64,000 nucleotides of DNA from a virus: IMG/VR virus record IMGVR_UViG_3300042544_001941; one strand, 5' to 3'. A model generated the notes under the pieces. It worked only from the letters and a program-made list of their open reading frames with translations, was not told where the DNA came from and did no database searches. The stretch's first letter is position 1; every line of letters starts with the position of its first letter. A program made the position numbers and the translations under genes. Positions 9,376-20,163 of this stretch are shown here, in pieces.

Positions 9376-10584
9376 ATGAGTCAAAAATCTATTTTAGAAC
9401 AAGCATTACTTCAAGTACAAACACTTGAAGAGGCCGTAAAGCAAAATGCAAAAGGTATACTTGCTTCAACAATGAAACAAGAACTAAACGATTTGCTTAG
9501 GGAACAAGAAGAAGATGAGGACGAAACTGAAGTTCCAATGGGTGAACAACCAGAGGACGAAGTTAATCCTGAAGAAGAAGAAGATGTAACAGGTGATGAA
9601 CCTGAAGATGAAGAAACTTCAATAAACGATGAACCATCTGATGAAGAAGATGAAATCGCCGATGAGCCTGAAGCTGATGAAGAAGGTGAAATCGAAGATG
9701 AAGAATTCGGAACAGATAAAATGTCTGACGAATCTGATGATGATGTTGTTGATATGACATCAGCGTCTGATGATGAAGTACTTAAAGTTTTCAAAGCTAT
9801 GAAACCAGAAGATGGTATTGTAGTTAAAAAAGAAGGTGATAAATTATCACTTAGTGTTGATGACCAAGAGTATATCATTAAGTTAGATGGTGAAGATGGT
9901 GGAACCGAAATGGGACTTTCAGAAGAAGAATCTTATGACGAAAGCTTTTCAAATCCTGAAGACGATGCTCAATTAAACGCTTTAGAGGAAGAAGATGACG
10001 AAGACGGTACAGTTTACGAAGTCACTCTTGATGAAGATGAAATTGAGTTGGACAAAGAAGGAGTTGAAGAACCTAAAAAAGTTGAAGCTACAGAAGCCGC
10101 AAGAAATTCAATAACTGCTCACGGAAATAAGAACGGTATGAACAGGTCAGGTTTACCTAGTAAAAAAGTACATAAAGCAGGTTCTGGTGTTTTCGGTATT
10201 AACGAAGAAGTTGAAACATTGAAAAAACAAAATTCTGAATACAAGAAAGCTTTAGTTCTTTTCAAGGAAAAACTTAACGAAGTTGCAGTATTCAATGCAA
10301 ACTTAGCTTACGCTACAAGATTGTTTACTGAACATTCAACAACAAAACAAGAAAAATTGAATATTTTAAAAAGATTCGATTCAATTTCTTCTATAAACGA
10401 AGCAAAAAATCTTTACAAATCAATCAAAACCGAATTAGACACTAAAAAACCAATGACTGAGTCGGTAGTTGATAAAATTTCATTAACTCCACAAACTTCT
10501 TCAACTGAGGTATTATCTGAATCAAAAGCATATGAGAACCCTCAATTCAGAAGAATGAAAGATTTAATGAGTAAAATAAAATAA
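9376..10584 (+). CDS. Prohead scaffold/core protein (gp22-like)
   Basis: Acidic and coiled-coil with many (L/I)xE sites; lies between protease and capsid gene; TATTTATA at 9344-9351. Confidence 0.8.
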   Translation: MSQKSILEQALLQVQTLEEAVKQNAKGILASTMKQELNDLLREQEEDEDETEVPMGEQPEDEVNPEEEEDVTGDEPEDEETSINDEPSDEEDEIADEPEADEEGEIEDEEFGTDKMSDESDDDVVDMTSASDDEVLKVFKAMKPEDGIVVKKEGDKLSLSVDDQEYIIKLDGEDGGTEMGLSEEESYDESFSNPEDDAQLNALEEEDDEDGTVYEVTLDEDEIELDKEGVEEPKKVEATEAARNSITAHGNKNGMNRSGLPSKKVHKAGSGVFGINEEVETLKKQNSEYKKALVLFKEKLNEVAVFNANLAYATRLFTEHSTTKQEKLNILKRFDSISSINEAKNLYKSIKTELDTKKPMTESVVDKISLTPQTSSTEVLSESKAYENPQFRRMKDLMSKIK

Positions 10585-10613
10585 TAAAAAAAACAAAAAA
10601 ATACAATTTTAAA

Positions 10614-12338
10614 ATGGGAGCATTATTAGAATCAGGTATGGTTGGTAACATCGGTCTTAAGCACCTTCGTGTTATCAAAGAAGATACCATCAAAAAATGG
10701 GATGACTTAGGCTTTTTAGAAGGTCTTGGAGGTCACCAAAAAGATAACATCGCGCAATTATATGAAAACCAAGCGTCTTATTTAATCAACGAAGCAGCAG
10801 TATCTGATGCTTCTGGTTCTTTCGAGACTGTGGTATTCCCTATCATTCGTCGTGTATTCTCTAAATTATTAGCTAACGACATCGTGTCTGTACAAGCTAT
10901 GAACTTACCAATCGGTAAATTATTCTACTTCATTCCTAAAATTCAAGGAAGAGATGGTGTTAACCACCGTCAACCTTATGGAATGCCAAGTAACAATGAC
11001 GCAGCAACTGCAGGTTACACAGATGCTAAAAACCTTTACGATAGCTTCTATGAGGCTGGTGATGGTAACTCTCCTTCTGAAGGTTTGTTCGATTACTCTA
11101 AAGGTTCATACTCTGCTGTTACTTTAAATGGTGCAGCGGTAGTTGCTTTCTCTAATGGTACTGTTGCTGATGTTACAAGAGCATCTTTAACTGGTACTAC
11201 TCAAACTTCATTAGTAGTTAAATTCTCAGGTTTCACTAAGGACGGTCAAGGTAAGTTAATCGGACCTAACGGTTCAGTAATGGATACTGAAGAGTTCTTA
11301 GCAGGAGCTGAAGTTTTCGTAAGTGGAGCTTCTAAAAACTTCAACATCGTAACTCAGAAATACGGTAAAGGTATTATCGAGTACGGTTCTAAATCAACTT
11401 CAGCATTCCCTGGAGGTAGATTCCAAGATATTTGTGACGAAGAAGGTGTTATCTATATCAACGTAGATTTACAAAACTACAATGGTGTAACAACTGGTTT
11501 CACAGCTTCTCAATTATCTAACACATTCCAAGCTTCTGATGTAACTTTAGGTTTTAGAGTTTACTCTGACTTAGAATTCGAAGATGCAATTGGTGAAGTT
11601 TCTTTCGATTTAGAATCAGTAACTGTTTCTGTAACTGAAAGAAAATTAAGAGCTAGCTGGTCTCCTGAATTAGCTCAAGACGTAAGTGCATTCCACAACA
11701 TCGATGCAGAAGCTGAGTTAACAGCATTGTTATCTGAGCAAATCGCAGCAGAAGTTGACCGTGAAATCTTACGTGACCTTCGTAAAGGTGCTGCTTGGAC
11801 AACTAAGTGGGACTACAACGAATGGAGATATGGTAATGGTGGTTCAGCTTTCGCAGGTTACACTCAAAAAGACTGGAACCAAACGTTAATCACTAAGATT
11901 AACCAATTATCAGCTCAAATCCATAAGTCTACTTTGAGAGGTGGTGCTAACTGGATTGTTGTTTCTTCAGAAGTATCTGCAGTATTCGACGATTTAGAAT
12001 ATTTCCACGTATCAAACGCTCATCCTGAGCAAGACCAATACAATATGGGTATTGAGAAAGTAGGTACATTAGCAGGTCGTTACCAAGTATACCGTGACCC
12101 TTACTTCCCAGCAAACAAAATTTTGATTGGACACAAAGGTAAGTCATTGTTAGACGCTGGTTACATCTACGCACCATATGTTCCTTTACAATTAACTCCA
12201 ACAATGTATAATCCGTTCAATATGACCCCAATCAAGGGTATTATGACAAGATACGCGAAGAAAATGGTTAACAACCGTTACTACGCTACTATCACAGTTA
12301 GAGGATTACAATCATTTAGCTTGGATACCTTAAGATAA
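10614..12338 (+). CDS. gp23: Major capsid protein (T4 gp23-like)
   Basis: VSVQAMNLPIG, RKLRASWSPELAQD...HNIDAEAEL, DAGYIYAPYVPL, GIMTRY. Confidence 0.97.
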   Translation: MGALLESGMVGNIGLKHLRVIKEDTIKKWDDLGFLEGLGGHQKDNIAQLYENQASYLINEAAVSDASGSFETVVFPIIRRVFSKLLANDIVSVQAMNLPIGKLFYFIPKIQGRDGVNHRQPYGMPSNNDAATAGYTDAKNLYDSFYEAGDGNSPSEGLFDYSKGSYSAVTLNGAAVVAFSNGTVADVTRASLTGTTQTSLVVKFSGFTKDGQGKLIGPNGSVMDTEEFLAGAEVFVSGASKNFNIVTQKYGKGIIEYGSKSTSAFPGGRFQDICDEEGVIYINVDLQNYNGVTTGFTASQLSNTFQASDVTLGFRVYSDLEFEDAIGEVSFDLESVTVSVTERKLRASWSPELAQDVSAFHNIDAEAELTALLSEQIAAEVDREILRDLRKGAAWTTKWDYNEWRYGNGGSAFAGYTQKDWNQTLITKINQLSAQIHKSTLRGGANWIVVSSEVSAVFDDLEYFHVSNAHPEQDQYNMGIEKVGTLAGRYQVYRDPYFPANKILIGHKGKSLLDAGYIYAPYVPLQLTPTMYNPFNMTPIKGIMTRYAKKMVNNRYYATITVRGLQSFSLDTLR

Positions 12339-12356
12339 TAACATCTTAATATAGTA

Positions 12357-12390
12357 AAAGACCCTCGAGAAATCGGGGGTTTTTTATTTT
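12357..12390 (+). terminator. Intrinsic terminator after the capsid gene
   Basis: AAAGACCCTCGA-GAAA-TCGGGGGTTTTT hairpin with T-tract. Confidence 0.85.
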
Positions 12391-12420
12391 TGGTATATTC
12401 CAGAATATTTCTTATATTTG
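12389..12420 (+). promoter_or_regulatory. Bacteroidota sigma-A-type promoter TTTG-N20-TATATTTG
   Basis: Exact match to the -33 TTTG / -7 TAnnTTTG consensus; 4 nt before ATG 12425. Confidence 0.7.
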
Positions 12421-12424
12421 TCCT

Positions 12425-12739
12425 ATGTCTGACGTTGATTATAGTAAATTAAGATTAGATGTCCTTGAAAAGATGGTGTATTCAAGAGGTATTGAATGCA
12501 AAATGAAAAAGGACGAAATTGTTAAAGTGTTAAAACTTGACGATGAGGGGAAATATGAACCACCTATGAACAATACAGTTTATGAAAAAACTGATGGTGG
12601 GTTTAATGTAGGTATTGATTTGAGAAATCATTCAGATTTAGTTCAGATTGGGAAATTCGTAGAAAAAAAAGAAGCAAAGTCACTCAATAGGTATTCTGAT
12701 AATAGAGTATGGTATTGGTCAAAGGGTAAGTTAATATGA
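12425..12739 (+). CDS. Small protein with N-terminal SAP/HeH (Rho-N-like) motif
   Basis: DYSKLRLDVLEKMVYSRGIECKMKKDEIVKVL resembles a helix-extension-helix pattern. Confidence 0.55.
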   Translation: MSDVDYSKLRLDVLEKMVYSRGIECKMKKDEIVKVLKLDDEGKYEPPMNNTVYEKTDGGFNVGIDLRNHSDLVQIGKFVEKKEAKSLNRYSDNRVWYWSKGKLI

Positions 12740-13899
12740 AAATATATGTCCACAATTATTACTCAAAACAATTATTCTATAAGTTGTGTCACAATACAAC
12801 TGATAAAGAGATTAATGTTTCAGGTAAACTCGCGAATGTTAAATGTAATTACAATGGAATTACGTTTGAACTAGTATTCAACCCAACAATAAACGATAAT
12901 GTGGATGGTTTACATCTTATTGATTATTATTCAATAAGACAAGATTTTCAAAACTATTCGGATTTTAATGATTGTGGTGAAACTGATGGTTTTGTTGATA
13001 TCTCAGTGATAAGCAGACTATGTGATATTATTGAGAATAAATCTAATTGGTTGGTTCTTATTTTTAAAACGGAAAAGATTTTCTCAAAGTTTGATGAAGA
13101 GCCTAACGAACATATGATACCATTTGAGGAGAATATAGATAGGTTATCAAATCATAAAATTATAACTGATAACATTCTTCTAAATCACTCATTTTCAAAT
13201 AGATATCCAAATGTTTATCACACATTCAGTAATACTATTTTCAATTGGAATGGTCATAATGATTTGAGATGGTATTATGATTTTAAATACATTTTTGAAA
13301 GGCTGAATCACGAATACAAATTAGGGTATTCAATAATGACATCCAAGAAACACAGAAAGGTGATTGCTGAGGGTATAAATGGATTTAAAGACATTACGGT
13401 TTCTCAGTCGGATAAGTTAACTAATAATCTAATTCCTAACATAGAAGTAAATAAAATTAACGGAGAAACCGATTTTGATAATGTGGATTATATTGTCAAT
13501 TTACACAATGGTTTGGATATGTTTTTCAAAAGACTACCCAAATCTAAAATGCATATACTTGATGAGAGTCACGGAGGAAAAAATTATGAGGTTGTTTTCC
13601 ACTACTTAACTGAAAAGACACTCGGGTTTATTCTTGCAGGAATACCATTTATTTCCACACATTCCTACCCATTAGATTGTATTCATAAAATGGTGGACAT
13701 TGAGGAACATCCGTTTATGGAGAGATTTAGAGAACATAAGGGTAACCCTGAAATGTTTGTTGAGTTTGTTAAAGAATTTATGTGGGAATTTGACTATAAC
13801 CACGAATTGTGTAAAAAGTGGTCAATAAAGTGTCACGATAAATTTATTGATAAGATTAATAAGGAAAACTCATTATTTGATTTAATACAGAAAATATGA
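12736..13899 (+). CDS. Hypothetical protein, possible GT10/GT-B-like glycosyltransferase
   Basis: LDES...YLTEKTLGFILAGIPFI resembles the fucosyltransferase-type E(N/S)...YxTEK motif. Confidence 0.45.
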   Translation: MKIYVHNYYSKQLFYKLCHNTTDKEINVSGKLANVKCNYNGITFELVFNPTINDNVDGLHLIDYYSIRQDFQNYSDFNDCGETDGFVDISVISRLCDIIENKSNWLVLIFKTEKIFSKFDEEPNEHMIPFEENIDRLSNHKIITDNILLNHSFSNRYPNVYHTFSNTIFNWNGHNDLRWYYDFKYIFERLNHEYKLGYSIMTSKKHRKVIAEGINGFKDITVSQSDKLTNNLIPNIEVNKINGETDFDNVDYIVNLHNGLDMFFKRLPKSKMHILDESHGGKNYEVVFHYLTEKTLGFILAGIPFISTHSYPLDCIHKMVDIEEHPFMERFREHKGNPEMFVEFVKEFMWEFDYNHELCKKWSIKCHDKFIDKINKENSLFDLIQKI

Positions 13900-14336
13900 A
13901 TTGGACAGAATACTTTTTAGGTATTGCAGAACAAGTTAAACTTAAATCTAAAGACCAATCCACTCAGATAGGTGCGGTAATCGTTGGGGAAGACAATGAG
14001 GTACTTTCTACGGGTTATAATTCGTTTCCAAGGGGTTTAGATGACTCAAGACAAGAACGTCAGGAAAGACCTGAAAAGTACTTCTGGTTCGAACACGCGG
14101 AACGTAATGCGATTTACAACGCTGCAAGAATCGGAATACCTATAAAGAATTCTTCAATTTATTTAACCTCGGGATTACCTTGTGTTGACTGTGCTAGAGG
14201 TATAGTAAACAGTGGTATTAGAACTGTTCATTGTAAACACATATGTACCACAAAAAATAAGGAGAAATGGGACGAATCTCAATCGAAATCATACCAACTT
14301 CTCCTTGAATGTGGGGTTAATGTAATTTTTTATTAA
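13896..14336 (+). CDS. dCMP deaminase
   Basis: SKDQSTQIGAVIV, GYNSFPRG, HAERNAI, PCVDC zinc-binding motifs. Confidence 0.93.
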   Translation: MNWTEYFLGIAEQVKLKSKDQSTQIGAVIVGEDNEVLSTGYNSFPRGLDDSRQERQERPEKYFWFEHAERNAIYNAARIGIPIKNSSIYLTSGLPCVDCARGIVNSGIRTVHCKHICTTKNKEKWDESQSKSYQLLLECGVNVIFY

Positions 14337-15146
14337 TTACCAAGTTCTACAAGCCCAATATCTTGCTTTCCAACGTGGACCTGGGTTGTCACAATTGTGT
14401 CTTGCTCTAAATGATTTACGTCTCTCAGGGTTATTTTTCTTAATAACCATTCTTTTTCCTTTTGCGGATTTACCACCGAAACCAAAGTTTACTTTAACAA
14501 CTTTACCTTTGTCGTTTTTAACGAAAACTTTAAATTTCTTAATGTCACCTTGCATAATTTTACCCAATTGAACTTTACGTCCTTGATATTCTGCCTCATT
14601 TAATAAATCGTCAGCAACATAATTAGTTTCTTCGGTAGGCCCAAATTCTAAATCTTCCATTAGTTTTAAATCATCATCCGATAAATCTAAAACACCTTCC
14701 GACCATAATTCGTAAGCTTCTTCAATTAAGTTCTCATAACTTTGAGTTCCGAATTTGAAGACCGAATTAATCAATGGTTTTCTGTTTGTTATATGATAAG
14801 ATAGAGCTTCAGATATTTGAATACCTCCATCTAATAAATCAGGTGCTAATGATTTAACCTGATTAAAATCAACTTTAATACTTTGCCCCATTGTAGGTTC
14901 TTTTTTAGTTTCATTCATAATAAAGTCAAATACTTGGTCTAAGTTTTCTTTAGCCACAGAAATGTGGTCATCAGCCCAATCGTGACCGTTATTTAATAGT
15001 TCATTGATGGTGTTTTCATCAATTTCCATTAACATTTCACATTGTCTTTTTATTTGTTCTATGTTACCAAAGAACATATAATTTCCTTGTTTTTGCTCTT
15101 TTAATTTATGAAAATCCTTTTTTAGGATTACGTTCTGCTTTGACAT
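14337..15146 (-). CDS. Multi-module hypothetical protein (probable internal head protein)
   Basis: Three segments separated by (L/I)xE sites; basic C-terminal module KVVKVNFG...RRKSFRARHNC...ARYWACRTW. Confidence 0.75.
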   Translation of the reverse strand: MSKQNVILKKDFHKLKEQKQGNYMFFGNIEQIKRQCEMLMEIDENTINELLNNGHDWADDHISVAKENLDQVFDFIMNETKKEPTMGQSIKVDFNQVKSLAPDLLDGGIQISEALSYHITNRKPLINSVFKFGTQSYENLIEEAYELWSEGVLDLSDDDLKLMEDLEFGPTEETNYVADDLLNEAEYQGRKVQLGKIMQGDIKKFKVFVKNDKGKVVKVNFGFGGKSAKGKRMVIKKNNPERRKSFRARHNCDNPGPRWKARYWACRTW

Positions 15147-15154
15147 AATTTTTA

Positions 15155-16528
15155 TTATTTTTCTGATATTATTTCAAATTTTATTTCGTCTCTATAAAAT
15201 ATTTCTTCTGTGTGAGTCTTAGCTTTTATTTCAACCCAATACTCTCTTGGAATCATATAACTTGTGTCTAAAACAAATGAATTTTCATTTGTTCTATCTA
15301 ATTTAGTCCAATCATATACATTTACTTGTGTATGACCCTCCTTAACATAAATTCTATAGTATACCTCGTCAAATAGAACAGATTTTGGTTGATTGATAGA
15401 CCTAAGGGTTACCACCACTTTTCTGTTCTCACCTCTTTTTATTTTTTCGTTTAATTTAATTCCATAAAATTGAACTACATATCTCTCTAATTCAGTTTCA
15501 TTGGCTCCAATAGTGAATAATGAAGTATGTGGTTTAGGAATGAATTTTTGTGTAACATCATCAAGACTAATACCGTCTATTTCAATACCTTTCCACTTAT
15601 CATAGAAGAATCGTTTTCCGTCACAAAGAACTCCACTTATACCAAATGTTACCTTGTAAATTCCCTTTCTAATTTTTGTTGTGGTTAGGTTTGACAAACC
15701 CGCAAGAACCGTTCTATTACTATCCATAATATCAACAGTTGGTAAGGTGTCTAAATCGTAGAAGTTTGTACCTCTCGTTACGTATAGATATAAATTTCTT
15801 TGTACGTCTGCGATAAAGTTCTCTCGATTATCTTCTATTGTGTCATCAAAAATAGTTTCTACAAACGGTTCAAAGAATGTTTGTGTGTACATTGTGTAAA
15901 ACGCAACAGATTGGTCAACGTCATTGGTAACGTCCATAAATTCGGGTGAAAATGCTAATACTAAACCATAGTTAATTGATGTACCTGTAACGATACTATT
16001 AACGTACGAAGTAATGTCCGATTTTAAATTTTCATTACCATTATCAAAATGAATGGTGTCAATTATTTGGTTTGGTGATGTGGAATAAACCCCCTCTTGT
16101 GACCAAGTATCTAATGTTGTTCTATTAAACCAGTTTGATGGTCTTTGGTCGAAAGTTTCATTACCTGAAGTATAGTCATAAGCTTGTTCATAATCGAAAC
16201 CTACACCTTCGTCCCAAAACTCATTTATTGGAGAAATGATTAAATCAAATGAGGTTGTTCTTTCTCTACCTTTACCATTTTTTTGACCTAATAAACTTTC
16301 GTCACCAAAAATGGTATTAGTTAAGTGTAAGTAATGTTTTGTATTTGGTGTAATAACCAAATCACCGTTGTCAATTTTAGATTTCAAATCTGTTAAATCT
16401 ACCCTAAATATGAATTTAGAGAAACCAGACCCATAGAAAATCTCGGTATTAGGATTTTTCGCAGTGTTAATCTGTGAATCCTTGATGAGTGTGTTGTTTT
16501 TATTGAAATATGAACGAAAATATGACAT
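15155..16528 (-). CDS. Putative virion structural protein (beta-rich)
   Basis: 457-aa ORF with WDEGVG motif; late motif TATTTATT at 16539-16546. Confidence 0.6.
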   Translation of the reverse strand: MSYFRSYFNKNNTLIKDSQINTAKNPNTEIFYGSGFSKFIFRVDLTDLKSKIDNGDLVITPNTKHYLHLTNTIFGDESLLGQKNGKGRERTTSFDLIISPINEFWDEGVGFDYEQAYDYTSGNETFDQRPSNWFNRTTLDTWSQEGVYSTSPNQIIDTIHFDNGNENLKSDITSYVNSIVTGTSINYGLVLAFSPEFMDVTNDVDQSVAFYTMYTQTFFEPFVETIFDDTIEDNRENFIADVQRNLYLYVTRGTNFYDLDTLPTVDIMDSNRTVLAGLSNLTTTKIRKGIYKVTFGISGVLCDGKRFFYDKWKGIEIDGISLDDVTQKFIPKPHTSLFTIGANETELERYVVQFYGIKLNEKIKRGENRKVVVTLRSINQPKSVLFDEVYYRIYVKEGHTQVNVYDWTKLDRTNENSFVLDTSYMIPREYWVEIKAKTHTEEIFYRDEIKFEIISEK

Positions 16529-16550
16529 CTTTTTATTTAATAAATATCAA

Positions 16551-18068
16551 TTAGTTTATTCTAATTGAATCATTTACCAAATCTCTTTCCATAGTTTGAA
16601 TCAAGTCCTTCAAAATCGACATTCTTTCGGTATCCATATGACCAGGTTCGGCCCAATTATGAACGTGACCAACTAAAAATTCGTACATTTTTTTTAATAT
16701 CTTAATCAAAACTTCACCTCTAACCGTTGAATATGTTGATGGTTCAATTTCAATTAGATAATCTTCTTGGGTATACTCGTAATTGTTAATTTTGGTAAAA
16801 TCCACACTCTTTTTTGGTCCCTTATTCGTACTTGACGATACAAAATACACCTTATCTGCAACTAAATTTGCAAAAGTCTGCTCACCTTTATTGTCCCTTG
16901 CTTTTAGAACTTTTATTTTCTTTTCACTATTTTTGGTCGGTGGGGTTGTAAATTGTTTTGAAAAAATTAAACCTCCTCCCGTACCAAGTCCCCCAACACC
17001 CTTAACTTGTACACCATTCACAAATTTAGTTCGGTTAGTAATTTCTGTTGTGTTTGTAGTTACTCTTGTTTTTAGTTCTCCCGCAGGTCTAAAATAGAAT
17101 GGATGAATATCATCTTTAGGATATGACGTATTGAATTTTGATAATCCTTCATTCGATAATATGTATAATATCTCCCTTAATTCAATATACGCATCCTGAA
17201 TAGATGTTACTGAAACTGTTATTGTAGAACCCGTTGTTGTTCCGTCATTGTAAATTTTAACTTTTTTAGGGTCGGTTATGTCTACATAGGTTGATTCGTT
17301 AAAATAGTTAGAATCAAAAACAGGACCAAATGTGTCCATTATTTTGTAGACATTGATTTTTACTTCTGTTGGGGTCGTTAAATTATCTATAGTATATTCA
17401 ATTAGATGATTTATTTTGGCAACAGGTATTTTTGTTATCTTTATTTTCTCATCCTTAACTTCCATAGTTCTCGGAAATTTCTTTAGTCCGAGTCTTGACA
17501 TCTTTTCAGATAAAAGTGGTACTTCAGATAAACGTTGTCTAAATTTTGGATTTGGTACATCTTTGTTAATAAGTTTACCACCTCTTAACATCATACCATT
17601 TTTTGTGAAAACTATATCAGAACCATAATTTCCATTTAATGCGGTATCATCCAAGGTAGCCATAGTACCAAATGATTTTCTATCAATATAGTTTCCTGCT
17701 TTATCTTTTAAATCAGGTAATCCCTCTACTATCACACCACCATAGGTCGTATCTTTATGTTGTGTTGTAAAGGTTTGATTTTCGAAATCGTGAGGGGATG
17801 TATAAGGTCCTGAGATATACTCAACGTTTTGTGAATCCTTATCAGTATCGTATTGAATTAATTTGACAGATTGTCCAAATTGTGGAATAATATTAATGTG
17901 CGCCGGTAGGAATGGAATAGAAATAAATGGGTCTTTATCGTCCCATTCGGTGTATTTAATACCACCCGCAACCTCACTCAAATACTGACCATATGGTCTA
18001 TATCTAATTCTACCAATTCCCTTTGGGTCGATATTTGAAACACAGACCCCGACGTCAATTATTTTCAT
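16551..18068 (-). CDS. Baseplate central spike / gp5-like protein
   Basis: N-terminal OB-fold signature DPKGIGRIRYR..IP..GQSV; C-terminal TVRGE..L......L..HVH tip motif. Confidence 0.7.
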   Translation of the reverse strand: MKIIDVGVCVSNIDPKGIGRIRYRPYGQYLSEVAGGIKYTEWDDKDPFISIPFLPAHINIIPQFGQSVKLIQYDTDKDSQNVEYISGPYTSPHDFENQTFTTQHKDTTYGGVIVEGLPDLKDKAGNYIDRKSFGTMATLDDTALNGNYGSDIVFTKNGMMLRGGKLINKDVPNPKFRQRLSEVPLLSEKMSRLGLKKFPRTMEVKDEKIKITKIPVAKINHLIEYTIDNLTTPTEVKINVYKIMDTFGPVFDSNYFNESTYVDITDPKKVKIYNDGTTTGSTITVSVTSIQDAYIELREILYILSNEGLSKFNTSYPKDDIHPFYFRPAGELKTRVTTNTTEITNRTKFVNGVQVKGVGGLGTGGGLIFSKQFTTPPTKNSEKKIKVLKARDNKGEQTFANLVADKVYFVSSSTNKGPKKSVDFTKINNYEYTQEDYLIEIEPSTYSTVRGEVLIKILKKMYEFLVGHVHNWAEPGHMDTERMSILKDLIQTMERDLVNDSIRIN

Positions 18069-18069
18069 A

Positions 18070-18267
18070 TTATATTACTCTATTACCAATTTCACCATTT
18101 ATTGTCTCATAATATTCTTCAATACTATCCAAATGTCTAGTTAAATCAATAATAAGACTTTTTGTTTTTTCGTGTTCATCAATTAAAATATCTCTAGCAC
18201 CAAATAAATCAGAGTTTGATTTGTCTTTTACGTTTTTAATAATATCAATAATTTTTTCCTTATCCAT
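18070..18267 (-). CDS. Small hypothetical protein
   Basis: 65-aa ORF tightly packed in the operon. Confidence 0.65.
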   Translation of the reverse strand: MDKEKIIDIIKNVKDKSNSDLFGARDILIDEHEKTKSLIIDLTRHLDSIEEYYETINGEIGNRVI

Positions 18268-18270
18268 ATT

Positions 18271-20163
18271 TTAAAATAATTTACCGGCACCCACAACCAT
18301 AGGTGTAATAACAGCGCCCGCAACACCCGCAGGTATTATCGATGGTTTAAGTCCGATTTTTACAAATGAATCTTCATCCATAGTTTTACTATAACCGTCA
18401 ATGGTTGCTTTAAGTGCTTTGTTCCATTTATTTTCTCTATCGTAAAGTGGACCTGTTACAATTCCACTCCTTGTCATATTTTCAATTGTCGACATATAAG
18501 CTTTATCAGCACTAAATCCTGGTAACTTATCTGCAATTGCCAATAAAATACCCGGTATAGGTATTTTTAATCTTGCATTTATCGCCCCATTTATTGTTGA
18601 TAATATAGCATTAAAAATTGCCTCACAACTATCTAATTTTGTCGTTAGTAATTTTAATAAAAGTGTTATCAATGATAGTAGTATTGCTTTCCATCTTTTT
18701 AATTTTTTTAATAGTATAGTCTTAGCTACTTTTTTAATAAAATCTAACAAGTCCTTTTTAACAAATTTCCAAAAAGCCTGTATGAACTTCCAAAATATTC
18801 TTTTAACAACATCAAAAAATAATTTAGCCATTCTTACTAAAATTTCGGCAGCACTTGCCACTGCGCCTTTAAATAATTTATAAAGTACTACTATTGGTAA
18901 GAAAAGTTTTGGTGATAGAATTGCTTGTATTAATGCTTTAGGTAAATTTAAAATAAATAAACCTGTAATATTAACCTGTAAATTGTCTAATCCAACAGAA
19001 CCTCCTGATTGTTGGTGACTTTCCGACGCTACTTTATTGAGTGTGTTATCAATTATCGAATCGATATTTTTACCTGGTTTTTTAGTAAAGTGTACAAAAT
19101 CCTCCAAATGATTTTTATTAACAGGAGACTCAAAATTACCACAATCGGCATATCTTAAAACTCTTCTTAATCTTGCATTTTCATCATCGATATCAATACC
19201 TTCTACATCTTCAAAATTAAAGTAGGTTTCTACATCATCTTCTTCGTTGTTTGTAGTGTCAACAGCATTTTCATTTAATGGACTTGCGTTTTTTTGTGGT
19301 TTACCACAGATAGCAAATAATTTTTGACAAATTCTGTTTAAATTATTCATACCTACTGTAAATGATTGAGGAGCGTCGTCCATTCCTTGAACAGTCATCA
19401 TCATTGCTTGTTTTACCACATTGGTAATGTCAGGATATTCAATTGCGGAATAATAATCAGTTAAAAAATTTTCAACAGTTGTTGCACCTGTGACTCCTTG
19501 TAATCCCGAAATATTATATACTTGGGATGAATCGTTCCACTGCATAGTAAAAATAGTCTTATAGTCCTTGTTGTTGAAAAAATATGCAGATGAAGAATCG
19601 AAATTGCTATACAATTCCTTATTCATTTTTATAAATCCTGTATCTTCACTTGTTTCGTACATTATTTGACCTGTATTACTATCAGGTGCAACTTTTAACA
19701 TACTTAAAAAATCAATTTCTTTAGGTGATATATCAACATTATTCGCCGGCATCAAACTATTACTTCCACAAATCCCTCCACCACTAAAAAATGATTTTTT
19801 CACAGAATCCATAACAATTTGTTTAGATTCTCTAAGGGTTATGTTCGAGGATTCTTTTGCGTAATATTTTAATTTGTTTTTTACAACCGGCTTTTGATTT
19901 GGGTTAATACTATTTGTATCGTTTGAACCCATAAATCCCTCAAAGGTCTTTATTAATTCACCAAATATGTCTTTTTTTTGGGTTTGTTTTGCTTTTCTTT
20001 TGTCCTTAAAATCGTCTATCTTTCTTTTAATGGACCCGTCAATGTCAGGCATTTGGTCTTTAACCAAATCAAACACGTCATCAACGTATGTTGGTTTTTC
20101 GTCTGCTAATTTTTTAATAGCATCTAATTTTGCTCTAATAAGTGCTCTTTGTGGATTTGCCAT
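18271..20163 (-). CDS. Hypothetical virion protein with hydrophobic/amphipathic C-terminal helices
   Basis: 630 aa; LFLPIVVLYKLF, WKAILLSLITLLLKLL, IPGILLAIA. Confidence 0.7.
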   Translation of the reverse strand: MANPQRALIRAKLDAIKKLADEKPTYVDDVFDLVKDQMPDIDGSIKRKIDDFKDKRKAKQTQKKDIFGELIKTFEGFMGSNDTNSINPNQKPVVKNKLKYYAKESSNITLRESKQIVMDSVKKSFFSGGGICGSNSLMPANNVDISPKEIDFLSMLKVAPDSNTGQIMYETSEDTGFIKMNKELYSNFDSSSAYFFNNKDYKTIFTMQWNDSSQVYNISGLQGVTGATTVENFLTDYYSAIEYPDITNVVKQAMMMTVQGMDDAPQSFTVGMNNLNRICQKLFAICGKPQKNASPLNENAVDTTNNEEDDVETYFNFEDVEGIDIDDENARLRRVLRYADCGNFESPVNKNHLEDFVHFTKKPGKNIDSIIDNTLNKVASESHQQSGGSVGLDNLQVNITGLFILNLPKALIQAILSPKLFLPIVVLYKLFKGAVASAAEILVRMAKLFFDVVKRIFWKFIQAFWKFVKKDLLDFIKKVAKTILLKKLKRWKAILLSLITLLLKLLTTKLDSCEAIFNAILSTINGAINARLKIPIPGILLAIADKLPGFSADKAYMSTIENMTRSGIVTGPLYDRENKWNKALKATIDGYSKTMDEDSFVKIGLKPSIIPAGVAGAVITPMVVGAGKLF

